Assembly (NCBI GenBank): GCA_035279185.1 | Contig: DATEIG010000258.1 | Coordinates: 1-39,000 of the forward strand | Direction: 5' to 3' | DNA length: 39,000 nt | DNA from: Mycobacterium sp. | GTDB lineage: Bacteria > Actinomycetota > Actinomycetes > Mycobacteriales > Mycobacteriaceae | In this document: positions 18,100-27,106 of the stretch, one piece after another | How positions within the stretch are numbered: position 1 is the first letter of the stretch | Layout of the letters: every line of letters starts with the position of its first letter | Program-made: the position numbers and the translations under genes | The notes under the pieces: model-generated | Databases searched by the model: none | Told to the model about the DNA's origin: nothing | The model's input: only the letters and a program-made list of their open reading frames with translations

Positions 18100-19359
18100 A
18101 TGTCCGGCAGCGGCCAGATCACCGACGAGGGGTTGGCCAGGCTGCGCGCCACGATCGGCATCGCGGTCCCGCACACGCAGCCTCCGCACTATTTCCGGCC
18201 CAACGAGGACGCGTTCCGCCATGTCGCCGAAAGCTACGGCGACGCCAACCCGCTCTGGTGCGACCCGGAGTACGCCGCCAAGTCCGTCTGGGGCGAAAGC
18301 GTCGCCCCGCCCGCCCTCGTCGGCGGCGACACGTTGATCGGTGAGGACGAGGTGACCGAACTCTCCGACTCCGACCGCGCCCTCACGAAAGGCGACCCGC
18401 TGCGCGGGGTGCATGCCTTCTACGCCTCGTCGTCGCGCGAATGGTGGGCACCGCTGCGCGCCAATCACCGGGTGTTCCGACGCAATGCGTTGGTGGCTGC
18501 GCTCGACAAGAGCAGCGAGTTCGCCGACCGCGCGGTGCACGAATGGTCGGCCCAGGTGTTCCGCGACGACGACGGCACGCTGCTCGGCGGGCAGTACCGC
18601 AACATGATCCGCACCGAGCGCAGCAAGGCTCGCGGCCGCAAGAAGTACGACGCCGTCGAACTGAAAACGTGGACGCCCGAGGAGATCTCGGACATCGACG
18701 AGCGGTATGCGAGCGAGAAGCCGCGCGGCGCCGAACCGCGATGGTGGGAGGACGTCGACGAGGGGGACCCCGTCGGCCCACTCACCAAAGGCCCGTTGAC
18801 CGTCACTGACATGGTCTGCTGGCACGTCGGCATGGGCACGGGCATGTACGGCGTGCGGCCACTGCGGCTGGCGTGGCGCAACCGGCAGCGCATCCCCCGT
18901 TTCTACCCGCCCAATGAACACGGGGTGCCCGATGTGCAGCAGCGGGTGCACTGGGAACCGGATGCGGCCCGCAACGCCGGCAACCCCACCACCTTCGACT
19001 ACGGCCGCATGCGTGAAACCTGGCTCATCCACCTGTGCACGGACTGGATGGGTGACGACGCATGGTTGTGGTCGCTGGACTGCGAGTTCCGTCTCTTCAA
19101 CTACGTCGGCGATCTGCACACCATCACGGGCACGGTCGTCCGCAAGTACCTGGCCGAGGGTGACAGACCCGCCGTCGACCTGGACCTGGCGGCCACCAAC
19201 CAGCGCGGCGAGGTCACCGCACCCGGCCGGGCTACCATCCTCCTGCCCAGCAGGGCGCGCGGCCCGGTGCGACTGCCCGACCCGCCCGGAGGAGCCGCTG
19301 ACCTGCCGGAGCTGCTGACGGCGGTGTCCGCCCGGTTCACCGAACGCGCGACGCCATGA
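18100..19359 (+). CDS. Double hot-dog MaoC-like (R)-hydratase/dehydratase
   Basis: YGDANPLWCDPEYA...APP (MaoC_dehydrat_N-like), WWEDVDEGD, RVHWE, FNYVGD. Confidence 0.82.
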   Translation: MSGSGQITDEGLARLRATIGIAVPHTQPPHYFRPNEDAFRHVAESYGDANPLWCDPEYAAKSVWGESVAPPALVGGDTLIGEDEVTELSDSDRALTKGDPLRGVHAFYASSSREWWAPLRANHRVFRRNALVAALDKSSEFADRAVHEWSAQVFRDDDGTLLGGQYRNMIRTERSKARGRKKYDAVELKTWTPEEISDIDERYASEKPRGAEPRWWEDVDEGDPVGPLTKGPLTVTDMVCWHVGMGTGMYGVRPLRLAWRNRQRIPRFYPPNEHGVPDVQQRVHWEPDAARNAGNPTTFDYGRMRETWLIHLCTDWMGDDAWLWSLDCEFRLFNYVGDLHTITGTVVRKYLAEGDRPAVDLDLAATNQRGEVTAPGRATILLPSRARGPVRLPDPPGGAADLPELLTAVSARFTERATP

Positions 19360-20162
19360 CGTACGGAAGCGTCGCGGGTCTACGCGCCGAACAGGACGGC
19401 CCCGTACTGGCCTTGACATTCGACCGGGCCGACCGCCGCAACGCCGTCAACGACGTGATGCTCGACGCGATGATCAGTCACCTCGCGGCCGCCGGGATCG
19501 ACGAATCCGTGCGGGTGATCCGCATCGACGCTGACGGACCCGACTTCTGCGCCGGCTCCGACCTCATCGCCAACAACGCGAAGTCAGAGCGCAAGCCACG
19601 GGTGGGCAGCACGCAACGTCGACTGCCGAACAAAGCCAACCGGCTGATCCCGCTGATGCTCGAAACGCAGGTCCCGATCGTCGCCGTGGTCCGCGGGTGG
19701 GCGGCCGGCCTCGGCTTCCACATCGCGATGGCCGCCGATTTCTGCCTCGCAGCCGACGACGCACGGTTCTGGGAGCCGTTCATGGCGCGCGGTTTCACCC
19801 CTGACAGCGGCGCCGCATGGCTGCTGCCCCGCCTCATCGGGTTGGTCCGTACCCGGCAACTGTTGATGCTCGGCGAGGAGATCTCCGGAACGACGGCCGC
19901 CGCGTGGGGCGTCATCCACCGCGCCCATCCACCCGCTGAACTCGGTCCCGCCGCCGAGGAGCTGGTGGCGACGCTTGCCGCCGCGCCCACCGTCGCTCTC
20001 GGGCTCGCCAAGTGGCTGGTGCACACGGGCAACGGCCTGGATCTCGACCGTCACCTCCAGAACGAGGCGATGGCCCTCGAATTATCCAGCCGCAGCGACG
20101 ATTTCAAGGAGGGCCTGGCGGCTTTCCGCGACAAACGCGAGGCGAAATTCGAGGGCCGATGA
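19356..20162 (+). CDS. Enoyl-CoA hydratase/isomerase family (PaaG-like)
   Basis: FCAGSDL, VRGWAAGLG, RGFTPDSG, EGLAAFRDKREAKFEGR. Confidence 0.9.
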   Translation: MTYGSVAGLRAEQDGPVLALTFDRADRRNAVNDVMLDAMISHLAAAGIDESVRVIRIDADGPDFCAGSDLIANNAKSERKPRVGSTQRRLPNKANRLIPLMLETQVPIVAVVRGWAAGLGFHIAMAADFCLAADDARFWEPFMARGFTPDSGAAWLLPRLIGLVRTRQLLMLGEEISGTTAAAWGVIHRAHPPAELGPAAEELVATLAAAPTVALGLAKWLVHTGNGLDLDRHLQNEAMALELSSRSDDFKEGLAAFRDKREAKFEGR

Positions 20163-21406
20163 CACCGATTCCGATCGATCAGACGACCGACCCCGCGAAT
20201 GCCGTCGCGGCGGTCGAGCAGTGGGTCGCGAGAACCGTGCCAGAAGCCTGGCGTGCCGCAGCGGCCGACGGCCCCCAGGCGTTGCGCGCGGTTCGCACTC
20301 CGGGCGAGTACCGGGACTGGTATCCGGCGTTCGCGGCCTCGGGTCTGGTCGTGCCCACCTGGCTGCCAGAACACGGCGGGCTCGGCGTGACCAACGACGT
20401 CGCGCGCGCCATCGAGACCGTTCTTGCGCCCCTGCGGCTGACCCGGCTGAATCCGTTGGGGCTCAACAACGCCGCGGCTGCACTCTTCAGCCACGGCACC
20501 GAGGAGCAACGCCGCCGCTTCCTGCCGCCGATCGTGCGCAACGAGGAGAAGTGGTGCCAGCTGTTCAGCGAACCGGGCGCTGGATCGGATCTCGCTTCGC
20601 TTGCCACCAAGGCCGTGCGCGACGGTGACGACTGGGTCGTCACGGGCCAGAAGGTCTGGACGACATGGGCCGACGAGGCGGACTTCGCGATTCTGCTCGC
20701 CCGCACCGACCCCGAGCTGCCCAAGCACAAGGGGATCACCTACTTCCTGCTCGACATGCACCAGCCCGGCGTCGAGGTGCGGCCGTTGCGTCAGATCACC
20801 GGTGAGGCGGAGTTCAACGAGGTCTTCATGGACGGGGCGCGGGTACCCGACGCCCACCGGGTCGGTGAGGTCAACGACGGGTGGCGGGTCAGCGCCTCCA
20901 CGCTGTCCAGCGAGCGCCAGATGGTGTCCGGCTCCGGTTCCGGCGGGATGGGCCGCCTGGGCGGCTCGAGCGCCGACCGCCTCATCGCGCTCGCGCGAGA
21001 GACAGGACGGTGGGGCGACCCGGTCGTCCGGAACAAGATCATGCGACTGTGGGCCCAGGAACAGATCCGCGGCTGGACCAATGCCCGTGTCCGCGCAGCG
21101 TTGTCGGCGGGCCAGCACCCCGGCGCGGCGTCCTCCATCGGCAAGGTTCATCAGGCCACCTTGAACCAGCAGATCCAGGATCTGATGGTCGATCTGCTCG
21201 GCACCTCTTGCATCGCCTGGCCTGCCACCGGCGACGCGGACGCGCTGCCGCGCGACGTGCAGGGGTGGATGCGCAGCCTGGCCAACGGCACCGAGGGCGG
21301 CACCACCGACATCAACAAGAACATTCTCGGTGAACGCGTCCTCGGACTGCCGAAAGAGCCGGACCCGTGGAAGGGCAAGCCGTGGAAGGAGATTCCGCGC
21401 TCGTGA
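20159..21406 (+). CDS. Acyl-CoA dehydrogenase
   Basis: WCQLFSEPGAGSDLASL, GQKVWT, KHKGITYF, EFNEVF, EGGTTDINKNILGERVLGLP; ATGA overlap at 20159. Confidence 0.93.
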   Translation: MTPIPIDQTTDPANAVAAVEQWVARTVPEAWRAAAADGPQALRAVRTPGEYRDWYPAFAASGLVVPTWLPEHGGLGVTNDVARAIETVLAPLRLTRLNPLGLNNAAAALFSHGTEEQRRRFLPPIVRNEEKWCQLFSEPGAGSDLASLATKAVRDGDDWVVTGQKVWTTWADEADFAILLARTDPELPKHKGITYFLLDMHQPGVEVRPLRQITGEAEFNEVFMDGARVPDAHRVGEVNDGWRVSASTLSSERQMVSGSGSGGMGRLGGSSADRLIALARETGRWGDPVVRNKIMRLWAQEQIRGWTNARVRAALSAGQHPGAASSIGKVHQATLNQQIQDLMVDLLGTSCIAWPATGDADALPRDVQGWMRSLANGTEGGTTDINKNILGERVLGLPKEPDPWKGKPWKEIPRS

Positions 21407-22215
21407 GCGATTACGAGCGGCTCATCGTCGAGAAGCGCGACGGCGTCGGCTGGCTGATCCTCAACCGGCCGGACGCGGGCAACGCGTTCGACGCACAGAT
21501 GCTCGACGAGCTCGAAGCGGCGTGGGCCCAACTGGATGCCGACCGCGACGTGCGCGTCATCATCAACACCGCGAACGGCAAAGCGTTCTGCACCGGCATG
21601 GACGTGGTGCAGGTCGCTCGCGACAAGGCGGCCATGCGCAAGCACTCGCGTCGCACCCGGGATGCCGAGCTGAAGATCTCCTCGTGGCACTGCGAGGTGT
21701 GGAAGCCGGTCATCGCCGCGGTCAACGGGGTGTGTGCCGGCGGCGGGCTGCATCTGGTGGCCGACGCCGACATCGTCATCGCCGCGGAGCAGGCGTCGTT
21801 CGTCGACCCTCATGTCTCGGTTGGACAGGCGGTCGCCTACGAAGCGATCACGCTGCTGCGAAAGTCGCCGATGGAGGCCATCACGCGAATGACGCTGAGC
21901 GGCAGGGGCGAGCGGATCTCGGCCCAGCGCGCATACGAGCTGGGCATCGTGTCCGAGGTCGTCGGAGCCGACGAATTGCGAGCAGCGGCGGACACGCTGG
22001 CAGCCGCGGTGGCGACCAATTCCCCCACCGCGATGCGCGCCACCAAGAAGGCGTTGTGGCACTCGCTCGAGGTCGGACTGTCGGAGGCGAAACACGCTGC
22101 AGCCGAGGAGATCTGGCGACTGCGCAACCACCCCGACCACGCCGAGGGAGTACGGGCCTTCGTCGAGAAGCGGCCTGCGAACTGGCTGCCGCTGGAACCC
22201 GTGGAGGTCTCGTGA
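21403..22215 (+). CDS. Enoyl-CoA hydratase/isomerase family
   Basis: LNRPDAGNA, FCTGMD, AVNGVCAGGGLH, DPHVSVG; GTGA overlap. Confidence 0.9.
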   Translation: MSDYERLIVEKRDGVGWLILNRPDAGNAFDAQMLDELEAAWAQLDADRDVRVIINTANGKAFCTGMDVVQVARDKAAMRKHSRRTRDAELKISSWHCEVWKPVIAAVNGVCAGGGLHLVADADIVIAAEQASFVDPHVSVGQAVAYEAITLLRKSPMEAITRMTLSGRGERISAQRAYELGIVSEVVGADELRAAADTLAAAVATNSPTAMRATKKALWHSLEVGLSEAKHAAAEEIWRLRNHPDHAEGVRAFVEKRPANWLPLEPVEVS

Positions 22216-23012
22216 ACTACCAGAGGCTCATCGTCGAACGCCGAGGGCCGGTCGGCTGGATCATCAACAACCGCCCGGATCGGCTCAATGCCTATGACGC
22301 GCTGATGCGCGAGGAGTTCCCACGCGCCTGGGCGGAACTGGACGCCGATCCCGAGGTTCGGGTCATCGTGCACACCGGCAACGGCAGGGCCTTCCAGGTC
22401 GGGGCCGACGTCGACGATCTCGACGGGGAGGCCGTTCAGCAGTTCCAGGAGACGATGCGCACGCTCGACCTCAAATTGACGGGATGGCACTGCAACGTCG
22501 GCAAACCCATCATCACCGCGGTCAACGGAGTCTGCGCGGGCGGCGGGCTGCACTGGGTCGCCGACGCCGACATCGTCATCGCGTCGTCGAATGCCACCTT
22601 CGTCGACCCGCACGTGTCGATCGGTCAGGTGAGCGCCCTGGAGACCATCGCGCTGATGCGAAAGATCCCCGCTGAGGCGGTCTTACGCATGGCGCTCGTC
22701 GGCAGCCACGAGCGTCTCAGCGCGCAGCGCGCCTTCCAACTCGGCATGATCAGCGAGATCGTCGACCCACCGGAGCGGCTGCGCGAGGTCGCGCAGGAGC
22801 TGGCGGAGAAGATCGCTCAGAACTCCCCCGCAGCCATGCGGGCGACCAAGCGCGCGCTGTGGGGCGCGCTCGAGCACGGCTTGACCGACGCATGCCGCGA
22901 GGGCGCCAAACACCTGACGTCGATGTGGGGTCACCCCGACCAGAACGAGGGCCCGCTGGCGTTCGCCGACAAGCGAACACCGAAATGGCAACCGCTGCAG
23001 GCGGACTCGTGA
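22212..23012 (+). CDS. Enoyl-CoA hydratase/isomerase family (paralog of the preceding gene)
   Basis: NRPDRLNA, FQVGAD, AVNGVCAGGGLH, DPHVSIG; GTGA overlap at 22212. Confidence 0.9.
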   Translation: MNYQRLIVERRGPVGWIINNRPDRLNAYDALMREEFPRAWAELDADPEVRVIVHTGNGRAFQVGADVDDLDGEAVQQFQETMRTLDLKLTGWHCNVGKPIITAVNGVCAGGGLHWVADADIVIASSNATFVDPHVSIGQVSALETIALMRKIPAEAVLRMALVGSHERLSAQRAFQLGMISEIVDPPERLREVAQELAEKIAQNSPAAMRATKRALWGALEHGLTDACREGAKHLTSMWGHPDQNEGPLAFADKRTPKWQPLQADS

Positions 23013-24454
23013 CGCTCGCCGACCTGCTCGCCGAAGTGCCCGAAACCGCGGTGCACAGCCTCGACGACGACGTATCGCGAGTCGCCCTCGCCGCCAGCGC
23101 AGATCGGCTGAGCTCCGTGCTGGTCGAAACAGGCCTGGTGACCGGCGAGGTGGTTGCGGTCATGCTGCCCAACGACGCGACGACGGTCGCGGCGCTGTTC
23201 GGGACGTGGCGCGCGGGCGGGGTGTACACACCGCTGAATCCGAGAGCCGCCGATGCGGAGTTGACCTCCCAGCTCACAACCCTCCGGCCGGTCGCGGTGA
23301 TCACGACACCTGACTGGGCACACCGCTTCGCCGACGTCGGATTGCCCGTGGTCGCCGGAGCGGCGCTGTCCTGGTCTCTGCAACCCGGTACACGGCCCTC
23401 CGGTCAGCGGACGTACGACCCCGACGTCGCGCTGTTGCAGTTCACCTCCGGGACCACAGGGCCGCCGAAGCCGGTGCCGCTGCGACATGCCACGGTGCTC
23501 GACCTCATCGACCGTCTGCTCGCGAAGCTACGCGGCAATCGCGGATCGGGCCCGTCGGCTCGCGCGCCGATGCCGAACCTCGTCCCGTTGTCGCTGTCGC
23601 TGTGGGCGGGGATCTATCAAGTGCTCTTTGCGTTCCGCGCGGGCTCGGGCGTGGTGCTCATGGACCGGTTCTCCCCCGCCGACTTCGCGGTCCTGGTGAA
23701 GCGTCACCAACTGCGCTCCACCGTCTTGCCACCCGCGGCGTTGACGATGGTGCTGCACGACGAATCCGTCACCGATCTGGCCCCCTTGAAGATCGTGCGG
23801 TCCATCACCGCACCCCTGTCGCCCGTGCAGGCCCGTCGGTTCCGTGACAAGTTCGGCGTGCTCGTGCTCAACTCCTACGGCCAAACGGAACTCGGGGGCG
23901 AGGTGGTCGGGTGGTCGGCCGCCGATGCGCGCGAGTGGGGTGAGACCAAGCTGGGATCCGTCGGCCGGCCACTGCCCGGAATCGACGTCACGATCACCAA
24001 CGACGAGGTGATGGTGCGCACACCGACGACGGCGGCCCGCAAGATCGACCCGGCGTTCCTCGACCGGCTGACCGACGACGGCTGGTTTCACACGGGTGAC
24101 CTCGGGTGGCTCGACGACGACGGCTTCCTGTGGCTCGACGGCCGGGTCTCCGACATGATCAACCGCGGCGGCCTCAAGGTGTTTCCGGGAACCGTCGAAG
24201 ACGTCCTCCTGGCCGCCGACGGCGTGCGTGAAGCCGCAGTTGTGGGCGTACCCGACGAGCGCCTCGGCGAAGTCCCGTGGGCGTTTGTCGTCAGGACGAA
24301 CGACGCGCTAGGCGAAGACGATCTGATCACGTGGTGTCGCGGCCGTCTCACCCCCTATCGCGTGCCGGTACGCGTCCAATTCGTCGACGAGCTGCCGCGA
24401 AACGACGTGGGCAAGGTCGTCAAACGGGAGCTCGCAGCCATGGCCGGGGCCTGA
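23009..24454 (+). CDS. Long-chain acyl-CoA ligase (AMP-binding)
   Basis: FTSGTTGPPK, SYGQTE, WFHTGD, GRVSDMINRGG, LPRNDVGKV; GTGA overlap at 23009. Confidence 0.92.
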   Translation: MTLADLLAEVPETAVHSLDDDVSRVALAASADRLSSVLVETGLVTGEVVAVMLPNDATTVAALFGTWRAGGVYTPLNPRAADAELTSQLTTLRPVAVITTPDWAHRFADVGLPVVAGAALSWSLQPGTRPSGQRTYDPDVALLQFTSGTTGPPKPVPLRHATVLDLIDRLLAKLRGNRGSGPSARAPMPNLVPLSLSLWAGIYQVLFAFRAGSGVVLMDRFSPADFAVLVKRHQLRSTVLPPAALTMVLHDESVTDLAPLKIVRSITAPLSPVQARRFRDKFGVLVLNSYGQTELGGEVVGWSAADAREWGETKLGSVGRPLPGIDVTITNDEVMVRTPTTAARKIDPAFLDRLTDDGWFHTGDLGWLDDDGFLWLDGRVSDMINRGGLKVFPGTVEDVLLAADGVREAAVVGVPDERLGEVPWAFVVRTNDALGEDDLITWCRGRLTPYRVPVRVQFVDELPRNDVGKVVKRELAAMAGA

Positions 24455-24462
24455 GCCTCAGG

Positions 24463-25536
24463 TCAGGTTGGGCGGCGCGACCGGCCCTCGGCGGCGGCCT
24501 CAGGCCACCGCTGAAAGACCAGCCCCCACGGGTCGGCATAGGTGCCCGGATGTCCGCGATAGGGCTGCCGGCGCTTCAGCATCGCCCGGGCGATCGGCGA
24601 AGCCGCTGCGAAGAGGACCCGCCATCGGCCCACCCGAGCGCGCACCTCGACCAGCATGTCCGGCAGGGAGTGGTTCTGAAACCCCAGCGCCTCCTGAGCG
24701 CGGGCGGTGTCCATCCAGTCGCAGACGAACCAAGTGTCGTCGTCGTCGGGGTCACCCGGCCTGCCCGGTGGGTAACAGTCGGACAAACCAATCGCTTCGG
24801 TGAGCGCAGGTCCGAGATAGCCCTGCAATCGACGATGGCTTGCGTCCCCACCGATCATCAGTGTCTCCCCGACGACATCGGCCGTCGTGGCCGCGACGAA
24901 CGCGTTGGCCGCGTCGCGAACATCGACGGTGGTGATCCGTCCGTCGATCGGCGAGGACCATTCAAGGAAGAGCACGTCGGCGCTGATCGGCAGGTCACGT
25001 AGGCGGGTACTCACCACCGCCCCGAGTCGGAGTACCACCCACTCCAAGTCCGAATCGCGGACGGTCCGTTCAGCTTCGAGCTTCTGCGCGCCGTAACAGT
25101 CGATCGGCCGCAGTGGCGAGTCAGGCCCCAACTCCTCGTCACGACGCGGGTTACGCGGGCCGTGCACCGCGACGCTGGACGCCTGGACGAACCGTGGCTT
25201 CACCGCGAGCCGTTCCGCCGCGGCGACCAGCGACGCCGTGCCTGCCACGTTGACGCGCTGAGCCAGTCCGACGTTGCGGTAGCAGGCCGTCGGTATGACG
25301 GCGGCCAAGTGGATGATTGCCTCGGGAGCCACGTCGGCAACCAACGCCGACACCTGGTGGGCGTCGGTGAGGTCCGCCCACCGCACCTCGACGCCTGCGG
25401 GCAACCCCCGCGACGCCTTGCGGTTGGCGGGGATGTCGAGGTCGGTGGCGACAACATGGCGCCCCTGCTGATGCAATTGCGCGACGGTCTCGCTCCCGAC
25501 AAGACCGAACGCGCCGGTGACCAGAACAGTACCCAC
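24463..25536 (-). CDS. NAD-dependent epimerase/dehydratase (extended SDR)
   Basis: VLVTGAFGLVG, IHLAA, ASS, YGAQK; GTG 25536 follows a GGGGAG RBS. Confidence 0.88.
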   Translation of the reverse strand: MGTVLVTGAFGLVGSETVAQLHQQGRHVVATDLDIPANRKASRGLPAGVEVRWADLTDAHQVSALVADVAPEAIIHLAAVIPTACYRNVGLAQRVNVAGTASLVAAAERLAVKPRFVQASSVAVHGPRNPRRDEELGPDSPLRPIDCYGAQKLEAERTVRDSDLEWVVLRLGAVVSTRLRDLPISADVLFLEWSSPIDGRITTVDVRDAANAFVAATTADVVGETLMIGGDASHRRLQGYLGPALTEAIGLSDCYPPGRPGDPDDDDTWFVCDWMDTARAQEALGFQNHSLPDMLVEVRARVGRWRVLFAAASPIARAMLKRRQPYRGHPGTYADPWGLVFQRWPEAAAEGRSRRPT

Positions 25537-25579
25537 GCCTCTCCCCACCGTTGGCTCGATCGCGTCTGGAAGTCGCAGC

Positions 25580-25641
25580 CGAAAACTTTGACTCTCGGTT
25601 TAGAGAGTGATATTACCAGTGAGCGGAAATCAATATTGTCG
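25580..25641. promoter_or_regulatory. Triple operator array with 22-bp phasing
   Basis: CGAAAA-ctttga-CTCTCG (25580), AGAGAG-tgatat-TACCAG (25602), CGGAAA-tcaata-TTGTCG (25624). Confidence 0.7.
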
Positions 25642-25694
25642 CATACGACGTCCTGCCCAGAGCAGGGAAACCACATGATCCGGAGGGCTGAGAA

Positions 25695-25793
25695 ATGCTC
25701 GAGGAACTCGTCCGAATGGTCATCACCTGGGGCGTGATGTGCGCGTTGGTGGCCTTCTTCTACTGGATGATGTCCAACATCGGCACCTTCTGA
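25695..25793 (+). CDS. Small single-pass membrane protein, 32 aa (not in ORF track)
   Basis: MLEELVRMVITWGVMCALVAFFYWMMSNIGTF*; GGAGG RBS, high third-position GC, TGATG coupling to the next ORF. Confidence 0.75.
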   Translation: MLEELVRMVITWGVMCALVAFFYWMMSNIGTF

Positions 25794-25912
25794 TGGACGA
25801 CCAGGACCGCCGCAAGCGGCGCGGGCTCATCGGATTCCAGATTTTCATTTACGGTCTGCTGATTGTGATGTTCCTCATCCAGCTACAGATGTTCTTCACC
25901 AGGGACTGGTAG
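25793..25912 (+). CDS. Small single-pass membrane protein, 39 aa (not in ORF track)
   Basis: MDDQDRRKRRGLIGFQIFIYGLLIVMFLIQLQMFFTRDW*; basic cluster then a hydrophobic helix. Stop is 2 nt before the next ATG. Confidence 0.75.
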   Translation: MDDQDRRKRRGLIGFQIFIYGLLIVMFLIQLQMFFTRDW

Positions 25913-25914
25913 CT

Positions 25915-26646
25915 ATGAAGTTCCCAAATGTGAAGCGGGACAACGGAAAAATCGTTGCCACCTCCGCGAAGAGCGCCACGCTCACCCTGGACGACCACGA
26001 GCAACGGACGCGAGAGGCGCAGCGGCGCGCCGACAAATGGCTCATCGCGGGGACGGTCCTGATGGGCACTCTCGTCCTCGGAATCGTCGGACTGCCGATC
26101 TTCTGCCGAGGGCTCTTCCTGCTGCGCAAGGCGCAACAGGAAGGCTTGTCCGTCCGTCCCCTGATGGTCACGCTGATCGGCTACGTCATCATCCTCGATG
26201 CGGCGCTCAACAGCATCGGCTGGGCGCTCGACCTCTTCGCCAACCACGCCCTGATCACCCGGACCATCTTCACCGCATGGGGCAACCTCATCGATGCGGG
26301 CTACTTCTGGCACTACAACGAGTTGTGGATCGGGGGTGCGGGAGCGCCCGGCGAGAAGTCCTGGGTTTTGGTCTGCGTGTTGATCGCCTTTCCCATGAGA
26401 ATGGCGGCGGCGATCGGCTTCCTCCAGATGAAGCGGTGGGGGCACCAATGGATGATCATTACCTGCTGGTTCGGCGTGATCGTGTGGACCGGCTACATCT
26501 TCAACATGACGATCTACGCCGACGTCCGCTATGCGGCAGTCGGCATCCCGGTGTTGGGCTGGTGGGCCTTCAACATCTTCTACATCACGCCGTTTCTGTC
26601 GATCCCGTACCTCCACACGGTGAACCGCGAGATCTTCTCCGACTAG
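25915..26646 (+). CDS. Polytopic membrane protein of unknown function (about 5 TM segments, Trp-rich)
   Basis: 243 aa with several hydrophobic helices and native codon usage; no family recognised. Confidence 0.85.
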   Translation: MKFPNVKRDNGKIVATSAKSATLTLDDHEQRTREAQRRADKWLIAGTVLMGTLVLGIVGLPIFCRGLFLLRKAQQEGLSVRPLMVTLIGYVIILDAALNSIGWALDLFANHALITRTIFTAWGNLIDAGYFWHYNELWIGGAGAPGEKSWVLVCVLIAFPMRMAAAIGFLQMKRWGHQWMIITCWFGVIVWTGYIFNMTIYADVRYAAVGIPVLGWWAFNIFYITPFLSIPYLHTVNREIFSD

Positions 26647-26667
26647 CCGGGTTGAGAAAGGACCATC

Positions 26668-27105
26668 GTGACTTCCCCCAACGTGGACAAGCAGGAGCAG
26701 GCCGACGAACTGCCCGTCGGCACGACATCGCAGTGGGCCCGCATGCACAAGTGGCTGCGACGCGGGCTGTACGTGTGCCTTTTCGGTCTGGTGATCGAAG
26801 GATCGCTCACGGTGCCGGTGATGGCCGTCTGGTACGGGTGGCCCACGCTCTCACTCACCGAGATCTGCAGCGAGCTGATGAAGGTCCGTTATTCCGACGA
26901 CTCCCTGGAATGCCAGCAGCCGTATCCGCTGAGCGGTCCGCCGTTCGGGGGCGCGCCCGAGGCGGCGGGCCAGCAGACCGCGAGAGATGTCTGGGGTGTG
27001 CAGCCCAAACCCGAATACGACCGGATCGGCTTCAGGCAGCTGGTCACCATTCATCAGGAGCGCCTCGCGCAACAGCAACCGGTCGCATCCGCTCCTCGTC
27101 CATGA
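26668..27105 (+). CDS. Membrane-anchored protein of unknown function
   Basis: 145 aa; GAAAGGA RBS; RR followed by a TM helix, then a soluble domain with two Cys (EICSEL...LECQQP). Confidence 0.82.
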   Translation: MTSPNVDKQEQADELPVGTTSQWARMHKWLRRGLYVCLFGLVIEGSLTVPVMAVWYGWPTLSLTEICSELMKVRYSDDSLECQQPYPLSGPPFGGAPEAAGQQTARDVWGVQPKPEYDRIGFRQLVTIHQERLAQQQPVASAPRP

Positions 27106-27106
27106 C

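Noticed and set aside
18019-19419. Long antisense or alternate-frame ORFs (e.g. 18019-19419, 6451-7689, 16383-18050, 13493-14596)
   Set aside because: Shadow ORFs of well-supported genes: Arg/Pro/Gly-rich, no motifs, and expected at this GC content.
25580-25641. 22-bp periodic sites as a CRISPR or iteron array
   Set aside because: Only 2-3 degenerate units with 4-bp gaps, located in promoters; no spacers, cas or rep genes.
25915-26646. Resemblance of DAGYFWH to the PmoC/AmoC DxxWH metal motif
   Set aside because: The spacing differs, the downstream FTPSH-type His motif is absent, and no PmoA/PmoB-like genes are present. Not supportable without a profile search.
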